Source of the DNA: Eledone cirrhosa
Taxonomy: Eukaryota
DNA length: 64,000 nucleotides
Assembly: GCA_964016885.1 (NCBI GenBank)
Contig: OZ024764.1
Span: forward strand, 4,960,001 to 5,024,000
Reading direction: 5' to 3'
Position numbers and translations under genes: made by a program. The notes beneath the pieces are model-generated. The model saw only the letters and a program-made list of their open reading frames with translations. It did no database searches and was not told where the DNA came from. Of this stretch, positions 9,481 to 21,752 are shown piece by piece; position 1 is the first letter of the stretch, and the number at the start of each line of letters is the position of its first letter.

Positions 9481-10231
9481 ACACACACACACATACACAT
9501 ATATATATTAATTCTATTGACTGATTAATAGCTCTTGTTAATTTTAAAACCATTCTGTTGAGAGCTTAATTCGTTTTGTGATATTTTGCAATAACACACA
9601 TACTGAATTCATCCGCCAAAACTAAGGGTTGCCCCCCCCCCCCCCCCCTGTGAAGCCCCACGTGGGTTTTGATAACGGTCAGTCCTTGGCTTGGCACTGA
9701 ACTAAAAGCCTGTTGCAAAAGTGACTTCCTTGTTCGATCATCATACAAAAAGCTTAACATTATTTGTCTAAGTAGACAGTACTTGATTTAGGAGTTGCAG
9801 AAACCCAATACTGGATATTACCAACCTTCCAGGGGTCCGGGTATAATTGTCCATCATATTTTATTTGTTTTACTCGAATTACTTGGTCGTGTCTATGGCT
9901 GTGCGGATAATTGTTTAACCATCGTCTCAGTGCGTTTGGCCTTTTAACTTACGTTGTTGCTCTAGTTCACTAGCTTCTATGGAGCGTTTCCCACACATCT
10001 CGGAAGTTGTTTTTCGTTAATTTCCAATAGCAGAAATGCAATTCTCGCTAATTTATATATATATATATATATACACGTATAAGGGATAACAAAATATCGT
10101 TATAGGTAATCCAGTTAGAGGTTGTGAATACTCTGTATTGTGGTTAGTCTTAGTCTACGGCGTTGTTTGACTCAACAAGAGGTTTCCGTAGGTGGCAAGT
10201 ATTTGAGTTCTCTTGAATTCCTATGTAAGTT

Positions 10232-12742
10232 TTGTTGTACACCAGTTACCATAACTCTAGCAACCCACCACATTTATTTCTACTGAATCTCATATTTGTT
10301 AAGTTTAACGTAGAGATTATAGTAATATCAATGTCTTGCTGTAGCTTATAGGGTAGGTTACCATAGGGTAGGTTACTGTAGGGTAGGTTACCATAGGGTA
10401 GATAGTGTCTCGTAGGTTACAATAGGGTAAGTTACGATAGGGTAGGATAGTGTTTGGTAGGTTACCATAGGGTAGGTAACTGTAGGGTAGGTTACGATAG
10501 GGTAGGATACTGTAGGGTAAGTTACTGGAGCGTAGGTTACCATAGGGTAGGTTACCATTGGGTAGGTTACCATTGGGTAGGTTATTATAGGGTAGGTTAC
10601 CACAGGGTAGGTTACCATAGAATAGGTTACTGTAGGGTATTTTACCATAGGGTATGTTACCATAGGGTAGGTTACCTTAAGGTAGGTTACCATAGGTAGG
10701 TTACCTTAGGGTAGGTGACCATAGTGTAGGTTACCATAGATTAGGTTCTGTATGGTAGGTTAGGTTACTATAGGGTAGGTTACCATAGGGTAGGTTACGA
10801 TAGGGTTGGTTGCCATAGGGTAGGTTACCATAGCGTAGGTTACTATTGGGTAGGTTACCATAGGGTAGGTTACTGTAGGTTAGGTTACGTAGGGTTGGTT
10901 ACCATAGGGTAGGTTGCCATAGAGTAGGTTATTATAGGGTAGGTTACCATAAGGTAGATTACCTCAGGGTAGGTTACTGTAGGGTAGGTTACCATGGGGT
11001 AGGTTACCATAGGGTAGGTTACCATAGTGTAGGTTATCTTAAATTAGGTTACCACAGGATAAGTTACCATATGGTAGGTTACTGTAGGTTAGGTTACCAT
11101 AGGTCAGGTTACCATAGGGTAGGTTACTACCATTGGGTAGGTTACTGTAGGGTAACATAGGTTACCATAGTGTAGGTTAATATAACATAGGTAACCATAG
11201 TGTAGGTTACTTTAGATTAGGTTACCATAGGGTAGGTTACCACAGGATAGGTTACCATAGGGTAGGTTACTATAGGTTGTTACCATAGGGTAGGTTACGA
11301 TATGGTTGGTTACCATAGTGTAGGTTACTATAACATTGGTTACCATAGTGTAGGTTACCTTAATTTAGGTTACCATAGGTTAGGTTACCGTATCGTAGGT
11401 TACTGTAGGTTAGGTTACCATAGGGTAGGTTACTATAGGGTAGGCTACCAATGATAGGTTACCATAGGGTAGGTTACCACAGGATATGTTACCATAGGGT
11501 AGGTTACTGTAGGGTAGGTTACTATAACATAGGTAACCATAGTGTAGGTTACTTTAGATTAGGTTACCATAGGGTAGGTTACCACAGGATAAGTTACCAT
11601 ATGGTAGGTTACTGTAGGTTGTTACCATAGGCTAGGTTACTATAACATAGGTTACCAAAGTGTAGGTTTCTATAGGTTGTTACCATAGGGTAGGTTACTG
11701 TAGGGTAGGTTACCATAGGTTAGGTTACCATAGTGTAGGTTACTGTAGGGTAGGTTACTGTAGGGTAGGATACTGTAGGGTAGAATACTGTAGGGTAGGT
11801 TACCATAGGGTAGGATACTGTAGGGTAGGTTACTGTAGGGTAGGTTACTGTAGGGTAGGATACTGTAGGGTAGGTTACTGTAGGGTAGGATACTGTAGGG
11901 TAGGTTACCATAGGGTAGGATACTGTAGGGTAGGTTACCATAGGGTAGGATACTGTAGGGTAGGTTACCATAGGGTAGGATACTGTAGGGTAGGTTACTG
12001 TAGGGTAGGTTACTGTAGGGTAGGATACTGTAGGGTAGGTTACCATAGGGTAGGATACTGTAGGGTAGGTTACCATAGGGTAGGATACTGTAGGGTATGT
12101 TACCATAGGGTAGGATACTGTAGGGTAGGTTACTGTAGGGTAGGTTACTGTAGGGTAGGATACTGTAGGGTAGGTTACCATAGGGTAGGTTACCATAGGG
12201 TAGGATACTGTAGGGTAGGTTACCATAGGGTAGGATACTGTAGGGTAGGTTACTGTAGGGTAGGTTACTGTAGGGTAGGATACTGTAGGGTAGGTTACTG
12301 TAGGGTAGGTTACCATAGAGTAGGATACTGTAGGGTAGGTTACTGTAGGGTAGGATACTGTAGGGTAGGTTACCGTAGGGTAGGTTACCATAGGGTAGGA
12401 TACTGTAGGGTAGGTTACTGTAGGGTAGGATACTGTAGGGTAGGATACTGTAGGGTAGGATACTGTAGGGTAGGTTACCGTAGGGTAGGTTACTGTAGGG
12501 TAGGTTACCATAGGGTAGGATACTGTAGGGTAGGTTACTGTAGGGTAGGTTACCATAGGGTAGGTTATTATAGTATAGGTTACCGTAGGGTAGGTTTCCA
12601 TGAAGTAGGTTACCACAGGGTAGGTTAACATAAATTAGGTTACCATAAGTTAGGTTACCATAGGGTAGGTTTCCACAAGGTATTAACATAAAGTAGGTTA
12701 CCATAGGGTAGGTTACCATAAGTTAGGTTACCAGAGGGTAGG
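10232..12742. repeat. Longest 15-bp G-rich minisatellite array (internal part of the TIR element, both termini lost)
   Basis: (tagggtaggttacca / tagggtaggttactg / tagggtaggatactg)n from about 10348; highly homogeneous at about 11750-12560. Confidence 0.95.
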
Positions 12743-14288
12743 AACATGTCCTCACCCATTACCAACCCCAACAAACTCTGCCATTACTACTACTTCTACT
12801 TTTCTTCTAGCCCTTACCAGCCCCAACAAACCCTGACATTATTACTACTATTGTCCTTCTAGCTATGGGCTGAGGATAAATGGGGCAACCCCAAATTAAT
12901 AAATGAATATGAATCCGTGAGTTACCAAGCACCCATGCAAAGCTTTAATTCAGAGACAGGAAGCATACACACCCCACTGCAAAAATTCACCCTTTCCCAC
13001 GAGTGGTGGCAAATGCCCAAAACTCCGAGTTGGAACCATCAATGTAAGCACAATGACAGGAAGAGCAGGAGAAATTGTAGAGATGCTAGAGCGAAAGAAA
13101 ATTGATGTATGCTGTGTGCAAGAGACTAGATGGAGAGCAGAGTCCGCTGGAGTCCTTGCAGGCAGAAGTCAGTGCTACCAATTTGTCTGGGTAGCAAATG
13201 ACAACAGGATGGGAGGTGTAGCTATCCTATTAGCTGACAAATGGGTAGATAAGGTAATCTCAGTGAACAGGGTGAATGCAAGAATAATGAAACTTGGACT
13301 AGTCCTGAATAAAACAATTGCCACAATAATATCAGCTTACGCACCCCAATTGGGGTTGCCAGCTGACTATAGCGGGGAATTTAGTTTAGAGGTCGGTGTC
13401 CACCAGGGCTCTGTTCTTAGCCCACTCCTGTTCGTTAAAGTATTGCAAGCAATAATGGAGGTGATTATGACCGGATGCCTATGGGAACTCCTATATGTGG
13501 ATCATCTCACACTTATAGCCGAATCTATGGTGGAACTATACTTGCTCAGTATGTAGGAAAGGAGTAGGCTGGCTGCAAAAGGTTTTCTACTCAAAATGAA
13601 AAGCAGACTGTATGATGTGGGTATACGAATATCAATGTTACATAGTAGTGAAACCTGGGCACTGTCTGTGGAAGACTTGCATAGATTAGAAAGAAACGAA
13701 GCCTGCATGCTCCGATGGATGTGTAATAGTAATATACGCGAACGGCAAAGCATAAATGAATTGAGAGAGTGACTGAGCATAAGAGGAATGAAATGCTGTG
13801 TGCAGGAGAGGAGGTTGCATTGGACATGTGATGCGTATGAAGGATGACAGCTGTATAAAAAGGTCTAGAGCACTAGAAGTCGATGGAAGCCGTAGAGTGG
13901 GGAGACCCAAGAAGAGCTGGGATGAGGTGATAAAAGCCGACCTTACCCAGTTGCACCTCTCAAAGGCGATGACACAGGACCGTCACCTCTGGCATCAAGC
14001 AGTAATACAGAAGACCCGACTCCCCAGGGCTACACGCGGAAGCTGAAGCGTATGCTCCCACCCTCTCCGACTGTAAAGTGGACATATAGGCGCCACAGAC
14101 AAAAAGCACCCAGGACTCACTGTAAATGAGGTTGGTGTTAGGAAGGGCATCCAGCTGTAGGAATCAAGCCAGAATCAGTTCCTGTATGAGCAAGACAAGG
14201 TCAGCTGAACAGACACTGCCCACAACAGGACAACCCGTCTAACCCATGCTAGCGTGGAAGAATGGACGTAAAACAGTGATGAAGATGA
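12743..14288 (+). mobile_element. Internally deleted RTE LINE, copy 2 (long-tail version)
   Basis: Same EN-RT junction as copy 1; retains KADLTQLHLSKAMTQDRHLW. Confidence 0.9.
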
Positions 14289-14292
14289 TATA

Positions 14293-16380
14293 TCATATAT
14301 GCCAGTGTACAAGTTGACATTTGGAGCCTAAAAATATCTCTCCAAAACCAGGGGTCGACTTGTCTGCTGAATATAGTATGTTACCTTTACCACTGAGGGG
14401 TAAACAGTGAAACTGCCTGCCTAACACTTGTTGTACACCACTTACCATAACTCTAGCAACCCACCACATTTATTTCTACTGAATCTCATATTTGTTAAGT
14501 TTAACGTAGAGATTATAGTAATATCAATGTCTTGCTGTAGCTTATAGGGTAGGTTACTGTTGGGTAGGTTACTGTAGCGTAGGTTACCATAGGGTAGGTT
14601 ACTGTAGGGTAGGTTACGATAGGGCAGGATACTGTAGGGTAAGTTACTGGAGGGTAGGTTACCATAGGGTAGGTTACCGTAGGGTAGGTTACCATTGGGT
14701 AGGTTATTATAGGGTAGGTTACCACAGGGTAGGTGACCATAGAATAGGTTACTGTAGGGTATTTTACCATAGGGTATGTTACCATAGGGTAGGTTACCTT
14801 AAGGTAGGTTACCATAGGGTAAGTTACCATAGGGTAGGTTACCTTAGGGTAGGTGACCATAGTGTAGGCTACCATAGGTTAGGTTCTGTATGGTAGGTTA
14901 GGTTACTATAGGGTTAGTTACCATAGGGTAGGTTACCATAGCGTAGGTTACTATTGGGTAGGTTACCATAGGGTAGGTTACTGTAGGTTAGGTTACGTAG
15001 GGTAGGTTACCATAGGGTAGGTTGCCATAGAGTAGGTTATTATAGGGTAGGTTACCATAAGGTAGATTACCTTAGGGTATGTTACCATAGGGTAGGTTAC
15101 TGTAGGGTAGGTTACCATAGTGTAGGATACCTTAAATTAGGTTACCACAGGAAAAGTTACCATATGGTAGGTTACTGTAGGTTAGGTTACCATAGGGTAG
15201 GTTATCATAGGTTAGGTTACCAAAGGGTAGGTTACTATAGGTTGTTACCATTGGGTAGGTTACTGTAGGGTAACATAGGTTACCATAGTGTAGGTTAATA
15301 TAACATAGGTCACCATAGTGTAGGTTACCTTAGATTAGGTTACCACAGGATAGGTTACCATATGGTAGGTTACTGTAGGTTAGGTCACCATAGGGTAGGT
15401 TACTATAGGGTAGGCTACTATAGGTTGTTACCATAAGGTAGGTTACTATAGGTTGTTACCATAGGGTAGGTTACTATAGGTTGTTACCATAGAGTAGGTT
15501 ACAATATGGTTGGTTACCATAGTGTAGGTTACTATAACATTGGTTACCATAGTGTAGGTTACCTTAATTTAGGTTACCATAGGTTAGGTTACCGTATCGT
15601 AGGTTACTGTAGGTTAGGTTACAATAGGGTAGGTTACTATAGGGTAGGCTACCAATGATAGGTTATGATGGGTTAGGTTCCATAGGGTAGGTTACCACAG
15701 TATATGTTACCATATGGTAGGTTAGGTTACCATAGGGTAGGTCACCATAGTGTAGGTTACTTTAGATTAGGTTACCATAGGGTAGGTTACCACAGGATAA
15801 GTTATCATATGGTAGGTTACTATAACATAGGTTACCAAAGTGTAGGTTTCTATAGGTTGTTACCATAGGGTAGGTTACTGTAGGGTAGGTTACTGTAAGG
15901 TAGGTTACCATAGGGTAGGATACTGTAGGGTAGGTTACCAGAGGGTAGGTTATTATAGTATAGGTTACCGTAGGGTAGGTTTCCATGAAGTAGGTGACCA
16001 TAGGGTAGGTTACTATAAGTTAGGTTACCATAGGGTAGGTTTCCATGAAGTAGGTTACCACAGGGTAGGTTAACATAAATTAGGTTACCTTAGGGTAGGT
16101 TACCATAAGTTAGGTTACCATACGGTAGGTTACCATAGGTTTGTTAAGGTTAGGCTAGGCTGGTCTACACGGTGAGTTAAAACTCACTTGTGACTGTAGT
16201 GTTTTAGAAGAAGTGTCTTAATCTTTCGTGCACCACTAAATTTTTTAACTATTTCCCCTGAAACTGCCTTATTTTGGGGAGGTTATCTTATCAATCGAAT
16301 AGCGTCCTAAATCTAAATTACACCTCAGAATTTTAGGGGCCACGCTATGTACCGGATAGACTTGTACACCGGCATATATA
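14293..16380. mobile_element. TIR element with 15-bp minisatellite, copy 2
   Basis: Left tcatatatgccagtgtacaagttga; right tagacttgtacaccggcatatat. Confidence 0.75.
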
Positions 16381-16479
16381 TATATGCAAAGAGAGCGAGA
16401 GAAACAGCGGGAGTGAGAGAGATACATTAAAACAATAACAGAGGTCTGACTGGAGAATTTACTTTAGAATTTTAAGAGA

Positions 16480-17800
16480 AAAGAGGAAGGTTTCAGACTT
16501 CTGGAATTCCTTCACGAAAATGTCCTATTTATCTGTAACACAAACTTCAAAAAATGAGACAACCACTTAATAACATATAGATCATGTGAGCCCACCAGCT
16601 AGATAGATTTCCTTGTTACCATAAGACAGAGTGACTGTTATAAACACAAAGTCCCTCCCTAGTGAAGAATGCACCTCCCAACATACCTTAGGAGACAAAC
16701 TGGAAGAAAAGATTATAGATCAAAATCAAAAGGTCTTAAAGTCAATTTGGTAAAGACTAAAGTTCTAGTAAGTAGAAAGGAAAACAGGGCCCAGATCTCT
16801 TCAGGTAAACTGTCCTGCTCAGTGTGCAGAAAAGGAGTAGGTAGAAATTCCATCCTATGTCCCATATAGAAATGATGGGTACACAAAAGATGTCGTGGGA
16901 TCTCAGGGAGGCTAACAAAGAACGTAGCTTCTACATGTGGCCAATGAACAGGGGCAGGAAATATCAAGAGCTCTCGGGTTACAATCTCCTTCAAATGCCC
17001 AGAAGTCTCTGCAGAGGTGGTAGATAGTTTCTGTTACCTAGGTGACTAAATCAGCAGTGGAGTAGGGTGGTCCCAAAACTCAGTAACAAGAGTGAGATTA
17101 GATTGGAGAAAGTGCAGGGATCTACTACTACTGCTAACAACAAAAAGTTTTTCCCTCAAAATGAAGGGCAGACTGTATGATGCAGGTATACAAACAACAA
17201 TGTTGCACAGCAGCGAGACCTGGGCACTGTGTGTAGAAGATCTGTAAAGATTGGAAAGAAATGAAGCCTCCATGCTTCAATGGATGTGCCATAGTAATAT
17301 ATGCAAATGGCAAAACATAAATGTACTGCGAGAGAAATTAGGCATAAGAGGGGTTACATGCAGTGTGCAGGAGAGGGATTGTTTTGGTATAGACATGTGA
17401 TGTGTATGAAGGGTGACAGCTGTATAAAAAGGTGCCGAACAAACAAAGTTGACAGAAACCGTGGAGTGGGCAGGTCTAGGAAGACATGGGATGAGGTAAG
17501 GAAAGCTGACTTTGCACAATTACACCTCGCTAAGGCAATGACACAGGAGGGTGACCTCTGGCGCTATGCACAATTATAGAGGACCTGCCCTCATAAATCC
17601 ACGAGCTGAGGCATATATCTAGTATGTAACACCTTCCCCACCATCATCCCTCCCAAACACCTTCACCCCTATAACTACATCCACAATCCACCAGACATTT
17701 TCCCTACCAACACCCCACACAAGTTCCCAAACCTCACCATAAAGTGGTCCTGCTGCAGCCATGACAAATGTGCCCAGTCCACACTGTACAGTGGTCTTGT
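16480..17800 (+). mobile_element. Degenerate RTE LINE fragment with 3' end
   Basis: KGLKVNLVKTKVL...WYRHVMCM...GVGRSRKTWDEV; multiple stops. Copies at about 44850-46050, 51180-52500 and 58500-59830; partial at 28683-29180. Confidence 0.85.
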
Positions 17801-18147
17801 AGGTGTCCTGCCAAAAATCAATATTGGGCCTTAAAATCTTGAGTCCCTTTTGTTCTGTGTATGAACATAAATAATTGTTTCTACTTTTGGCACAAGGCCA
17901 GCAATTATCCAGTGCATTACTGGTACTTTATTTTATCGACCCCGTAAGGATGAAAGGCAAAGTTAACCTTGGCGGGATTTGAACTCAGATCATACAGGGA
18001 GGTAACTATGCTTCAAAGCATGGTGTCCGACTCTCTACCGATACTGCCAATCCACCGCCTGAACATAAATAAATAATGTAATATATATATATATGTATGT
18101 GTGTGTGTATCTATTTATATATTTAACTATATTTTTTGTAATCACAG

Positions 18148-18189
18148 GACTGTTCCACTGCAGAGTTCCGCTAGAGGAAACAGTGACGA
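18148..18189 (+). CDS. Microexon E3 (class A2, 42 nt): TVPLQSSARGNSD(E)
   Basis: Acceptor ttttttgtaatcacAG, donor GTaagt; open in phase 2. Confidence 0.8.
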
Positions 18190-18490
18190 GTAAGTTTTAG
18201 TTTTACACACTATCTAACCATTATTCTATCTGTTCCTTCCCGTCTCTCTCTCTCTTTATATATATATATTTATATATACTAAGGTGTATTATTGGTTGTG
18301 TAAAACGGTCCAATAAATTTTTGTTAGCAATATTAAGTTCTCCACGCTTTTGTATATCTCCAATTCCATTCAAGGGAACAGCTAGATGATGTAAAAAAAT
18401 CCGAAGGCAAGGTAAAATTTCCAATCATTTTAATCATGTCGTGATTAAAATGATTGGAAATCTTACCTTCCCTTTGGATTTTCATTTTGA

Positions 18491-18525
<35 letters not shown>

Positions 18526-18994
18526 GACTCTGTCTCTTATAAACCACGTTGGCTATTATGACACTCTCTCCAACATAGAGAGCTATGTTGGCGATTATGA
18601 CTCTCTCTCTCCCTCTCTATGTTGGCTATTATGACTCTCTCTCTCTCTCTATGTTGGCTATTATGACTCTCTCTCTCTCTCTATGTTGGCTATTATGACT
18701 CTCTCTCTCTCTATGTTGGCTATTATGACTCTCTCTCTCTCTATGTTGGCTATAATGACTCTCTCTCTCTATCTATGTTGGCTATTATGTCTCTCTCTGT
18801 TCAAGGTTTATGAAGTTAGATGAACATCTTCAAAGTCCTCCCATATTCGCCTTGTCTAATATGCGTTCTTGTACCTGATTATTTCCCCCAAATCTCCTGG
18901 GAAGTTATAAACCATGATGGCTACCTATCTCACAATTTCTCTCCTGCCCACCCCCTCATACCACCATAGTCTATTCGACCAATCAAACCTCAGA

Positions 18995-20367
18995 AACATG
19001 TCCCCACCCATTACCAACCCCAACAAACTCTGCCATTACTACTACTTCTACTTTTCTTCTAGCCCTTACCAGCCCCAACAAACCCTGACATTATTACTAC
19101 TATTGTCCTTCTAGCCATGGGCTGAGGATAAATGGGGCTACCCCAAATTAATAAATGAATATGAATCCGCGAGTTACCAAGCACCCATGCAAAGCTTTAA
19201 TTCAGAGACAGGAAGCATACACACCCCACTGCAAAAATTCACCCTTTCCCACGAGTGGTGGCAAATGCCCAAAACTCCGAGTTGGAACCATCAATGTAAG
19301 CACAATGAAAGGAAGAGCAGGAGAAATTGTAGAGATGCTAGAGCGAAAGAAAATTGATGTATGCTGTGTGCAAGAGACTAGATGGAGAGCAGAGTCCGCT
19401 GGAGTCCTTGCAGGCAGAAGTCAGTGCTACCAATTTGTCTGGGTAGCAAATGACAACAGGATGGGAGGTGTAGCTATCCTATTAGCTGACAAATGGGTAG
19501 ATAAGGTAATCTCAGTGAACAGGGTGAATGCAAGAATAATGAAACTTGGACTAGTCCTGAATAAAACAATTGCCACAATAATATCAGCTTACGCACCCCA
19601 ATTGGGGTTGCCAGCTGACTATAGCGGGGAATTTAGTTTAGAGGTCGGTGTCCACCAGGGCTCTGTTCTTAGCCCACTCCTGTTCGTTAAAGTATTGCAA
19701 GCAATAATGGAGGTGATTATGACCGGATGCCCATGGGAACTCCTATATGCGGATCATCTCACACTTATAGCCGAATCTATGGTGGAACTATACTTGCTCA
19801 GTATGTAGGAAAGGAGTAGGCTGGCTGCAAAAGGTTTTCCCCTCAAAATGAAAAGCAGACTGTATGATGTGGGTATACGAATAGCAATGTTACATAGTAG
19901 TGAAACCTGGGCGCCGTCTGTGGAAGACTTGCATAGATTAGAAAGAAACGAAGCCTGCATGCTCCGATGGATGTGTAATAGTAATATACGCAAACGGCAA
20001 AGCATAAATGAATTGAGAGAGTGACTGAGCATAAGAGGAATGAAATGCTGTGTGCAGGAGAGGATGTTGCATTGGACATGTGATGCGTATGAAGGATGAC
20101 AGCTGTATAAAAAGGTGTAGAGCAGTAGAAGTCGATGGAAGCCGTGGAGTGGGGAGACCCAAGAAGAGCTGGGATGAGGTGATAAAAGCCGGACTCACTG
20201 TAAATGAGGTTGGTGTTAGGAAGGGCATCCAGCTGTAGGAATCAAGCCAGAATCAGTTCCTGTATGAGCAAGACAAGGTCAGCTGAACAGACACTGCCCA
20301 CAACAGGACAACCCGTCTAACCCATGCTTGCGTGGAAGAATGGACGTAAAACAGTGATGAAGATGAT
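18995..20367 (+). mobile_element. Internally deleted RTE LINE, copy 3
   Basis: 217-aa EN-RT fusion ORF 19155-19808, YADH. Confidence 0.9.
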
Positions 20368-20370
20368 ATA

Positions 20371-21752
20371 TCATATATGCCAGTGTACTATTTGACATTT
20401 GGAGCCTAAAAATATCTCTCCAAAACCAGGGGTCGACTTGTCTGCTGAATATAGTATGTTACCTTTACCACTGAGGGGTAAACAGTGAAACTGCCTGCCT
20501 AACACTTGTTGTACACCACTTACCATAACTCTAGCAACCCACCACATTTATTTCTACTGAATCTCATATTTGTTAAGTTTAACGTAGAGATTATAGTAAT
20601 ATCAATGTCTTGCTGTAGCTTATAGGGTAGGTTACCATAGGGCAGGTTACTGTAGGGTAGGATACTGTCTGGTAGGTTACCATAGGGTAGGTTACTGTAG
20701 GGTAGGTTACTGTAGTGTAGGTTACTGTAGGGTAGGTTACTATAGGGTAGGTTACTGTAGGGTAGATTACTCTAGGCTAGGTTACCATAGGGTAGGTTAC
20801 TGTAGTGTAGGTTACCATAGGGTAGGTTACCACAGAGTAGGTGACCATAGGGTATGTTATTATAGGGTAGGTAACTGTAGGTTAGGTTACTGTAGGGTAG
20901 GTTACCTTATGGTAAGTTACTATAGGGTAGGTTACCATAGTGTAGGTTACCTTATGGTAAGTTACTATAGGGTAGGTTACCATAGGGTAGGTTACCTTAT
21001 GGTAGGTTACTTTATGGTAAGTTACTATAGGGTAGGTTACCATAGGGTAGGTTACCTTATGGTAAGTTACTATAGGGTAGGTTACCATAGTGTAGGTTAC
21101 CTTATGGTAAGTTACTATAGGGTAGGTTACCATAGGGTAGGTTACCTTAGTGTAGGTAAGAATAGGGTAGGTTACTATAGGTTAGGTCACTGTAGGGTAG
21201 GTTAGCATAAGGTAGGTTACCATAGGGTAGGTTACTGTAGGTTAGGTTACCATATGGTAGGTTACCATAGGTTAGGTTAGCAATGGGTAGGTTACTATAG
21301 GTTGTTACCATAAGGTAGGTTACTGTATGGTGGGTTACCATAGGGTAGGGTACCATAAAGTAGGTTATTATAGTGTAGGTTACCTTAGGATAGGTAACCA
21401 TAGGGTAGGTTACTATGGGGTAAGTTACCATAGGGTAGGTTCCCATAGGGTAGGTTAACATAAGCTAGGTTACCTCAGGGTAGGTTACCATACCATAAAG
21501 TAGGTTACCATAGGTTTGTTAAGGTTAGGCTAGGCTGGTTTACTCGGTGAGTTAAAACTCACTTGTGACTGTAGTGTTTTAGAAGTGTCTCAATCTTTCA
21601 TGCACCACTAAATTTTTTAACTATTTCCCCTGAAACTGCCTTATTTTTGGGGGTCATCTTATCAATCGAATAGCGTCCTAAATCTAAATTATACTTCAGA
21701 ATTTTAGGGGCCGACTTATGTACCGGATAGACTTGTACACCGGCATATATGG
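20371..21752. mobile_element. TIR element with 15-bp minisatellite, copy 3 (contracted array)
   Basis: Same termini as copy 1. Confidence 0.75.

Noticed and set aside
11670-12719. Long ORFs of VTYPM / NLPYS / VGYHR pentapeptide repeats (349 aa, 303 aa and many shorter)
   Set aside because: They are translations of a 15-bp minisatellite that is open in several frames on both strands; paralogous arrays are broken by 10-, 14- and 18-bp units, so no frame is conserved
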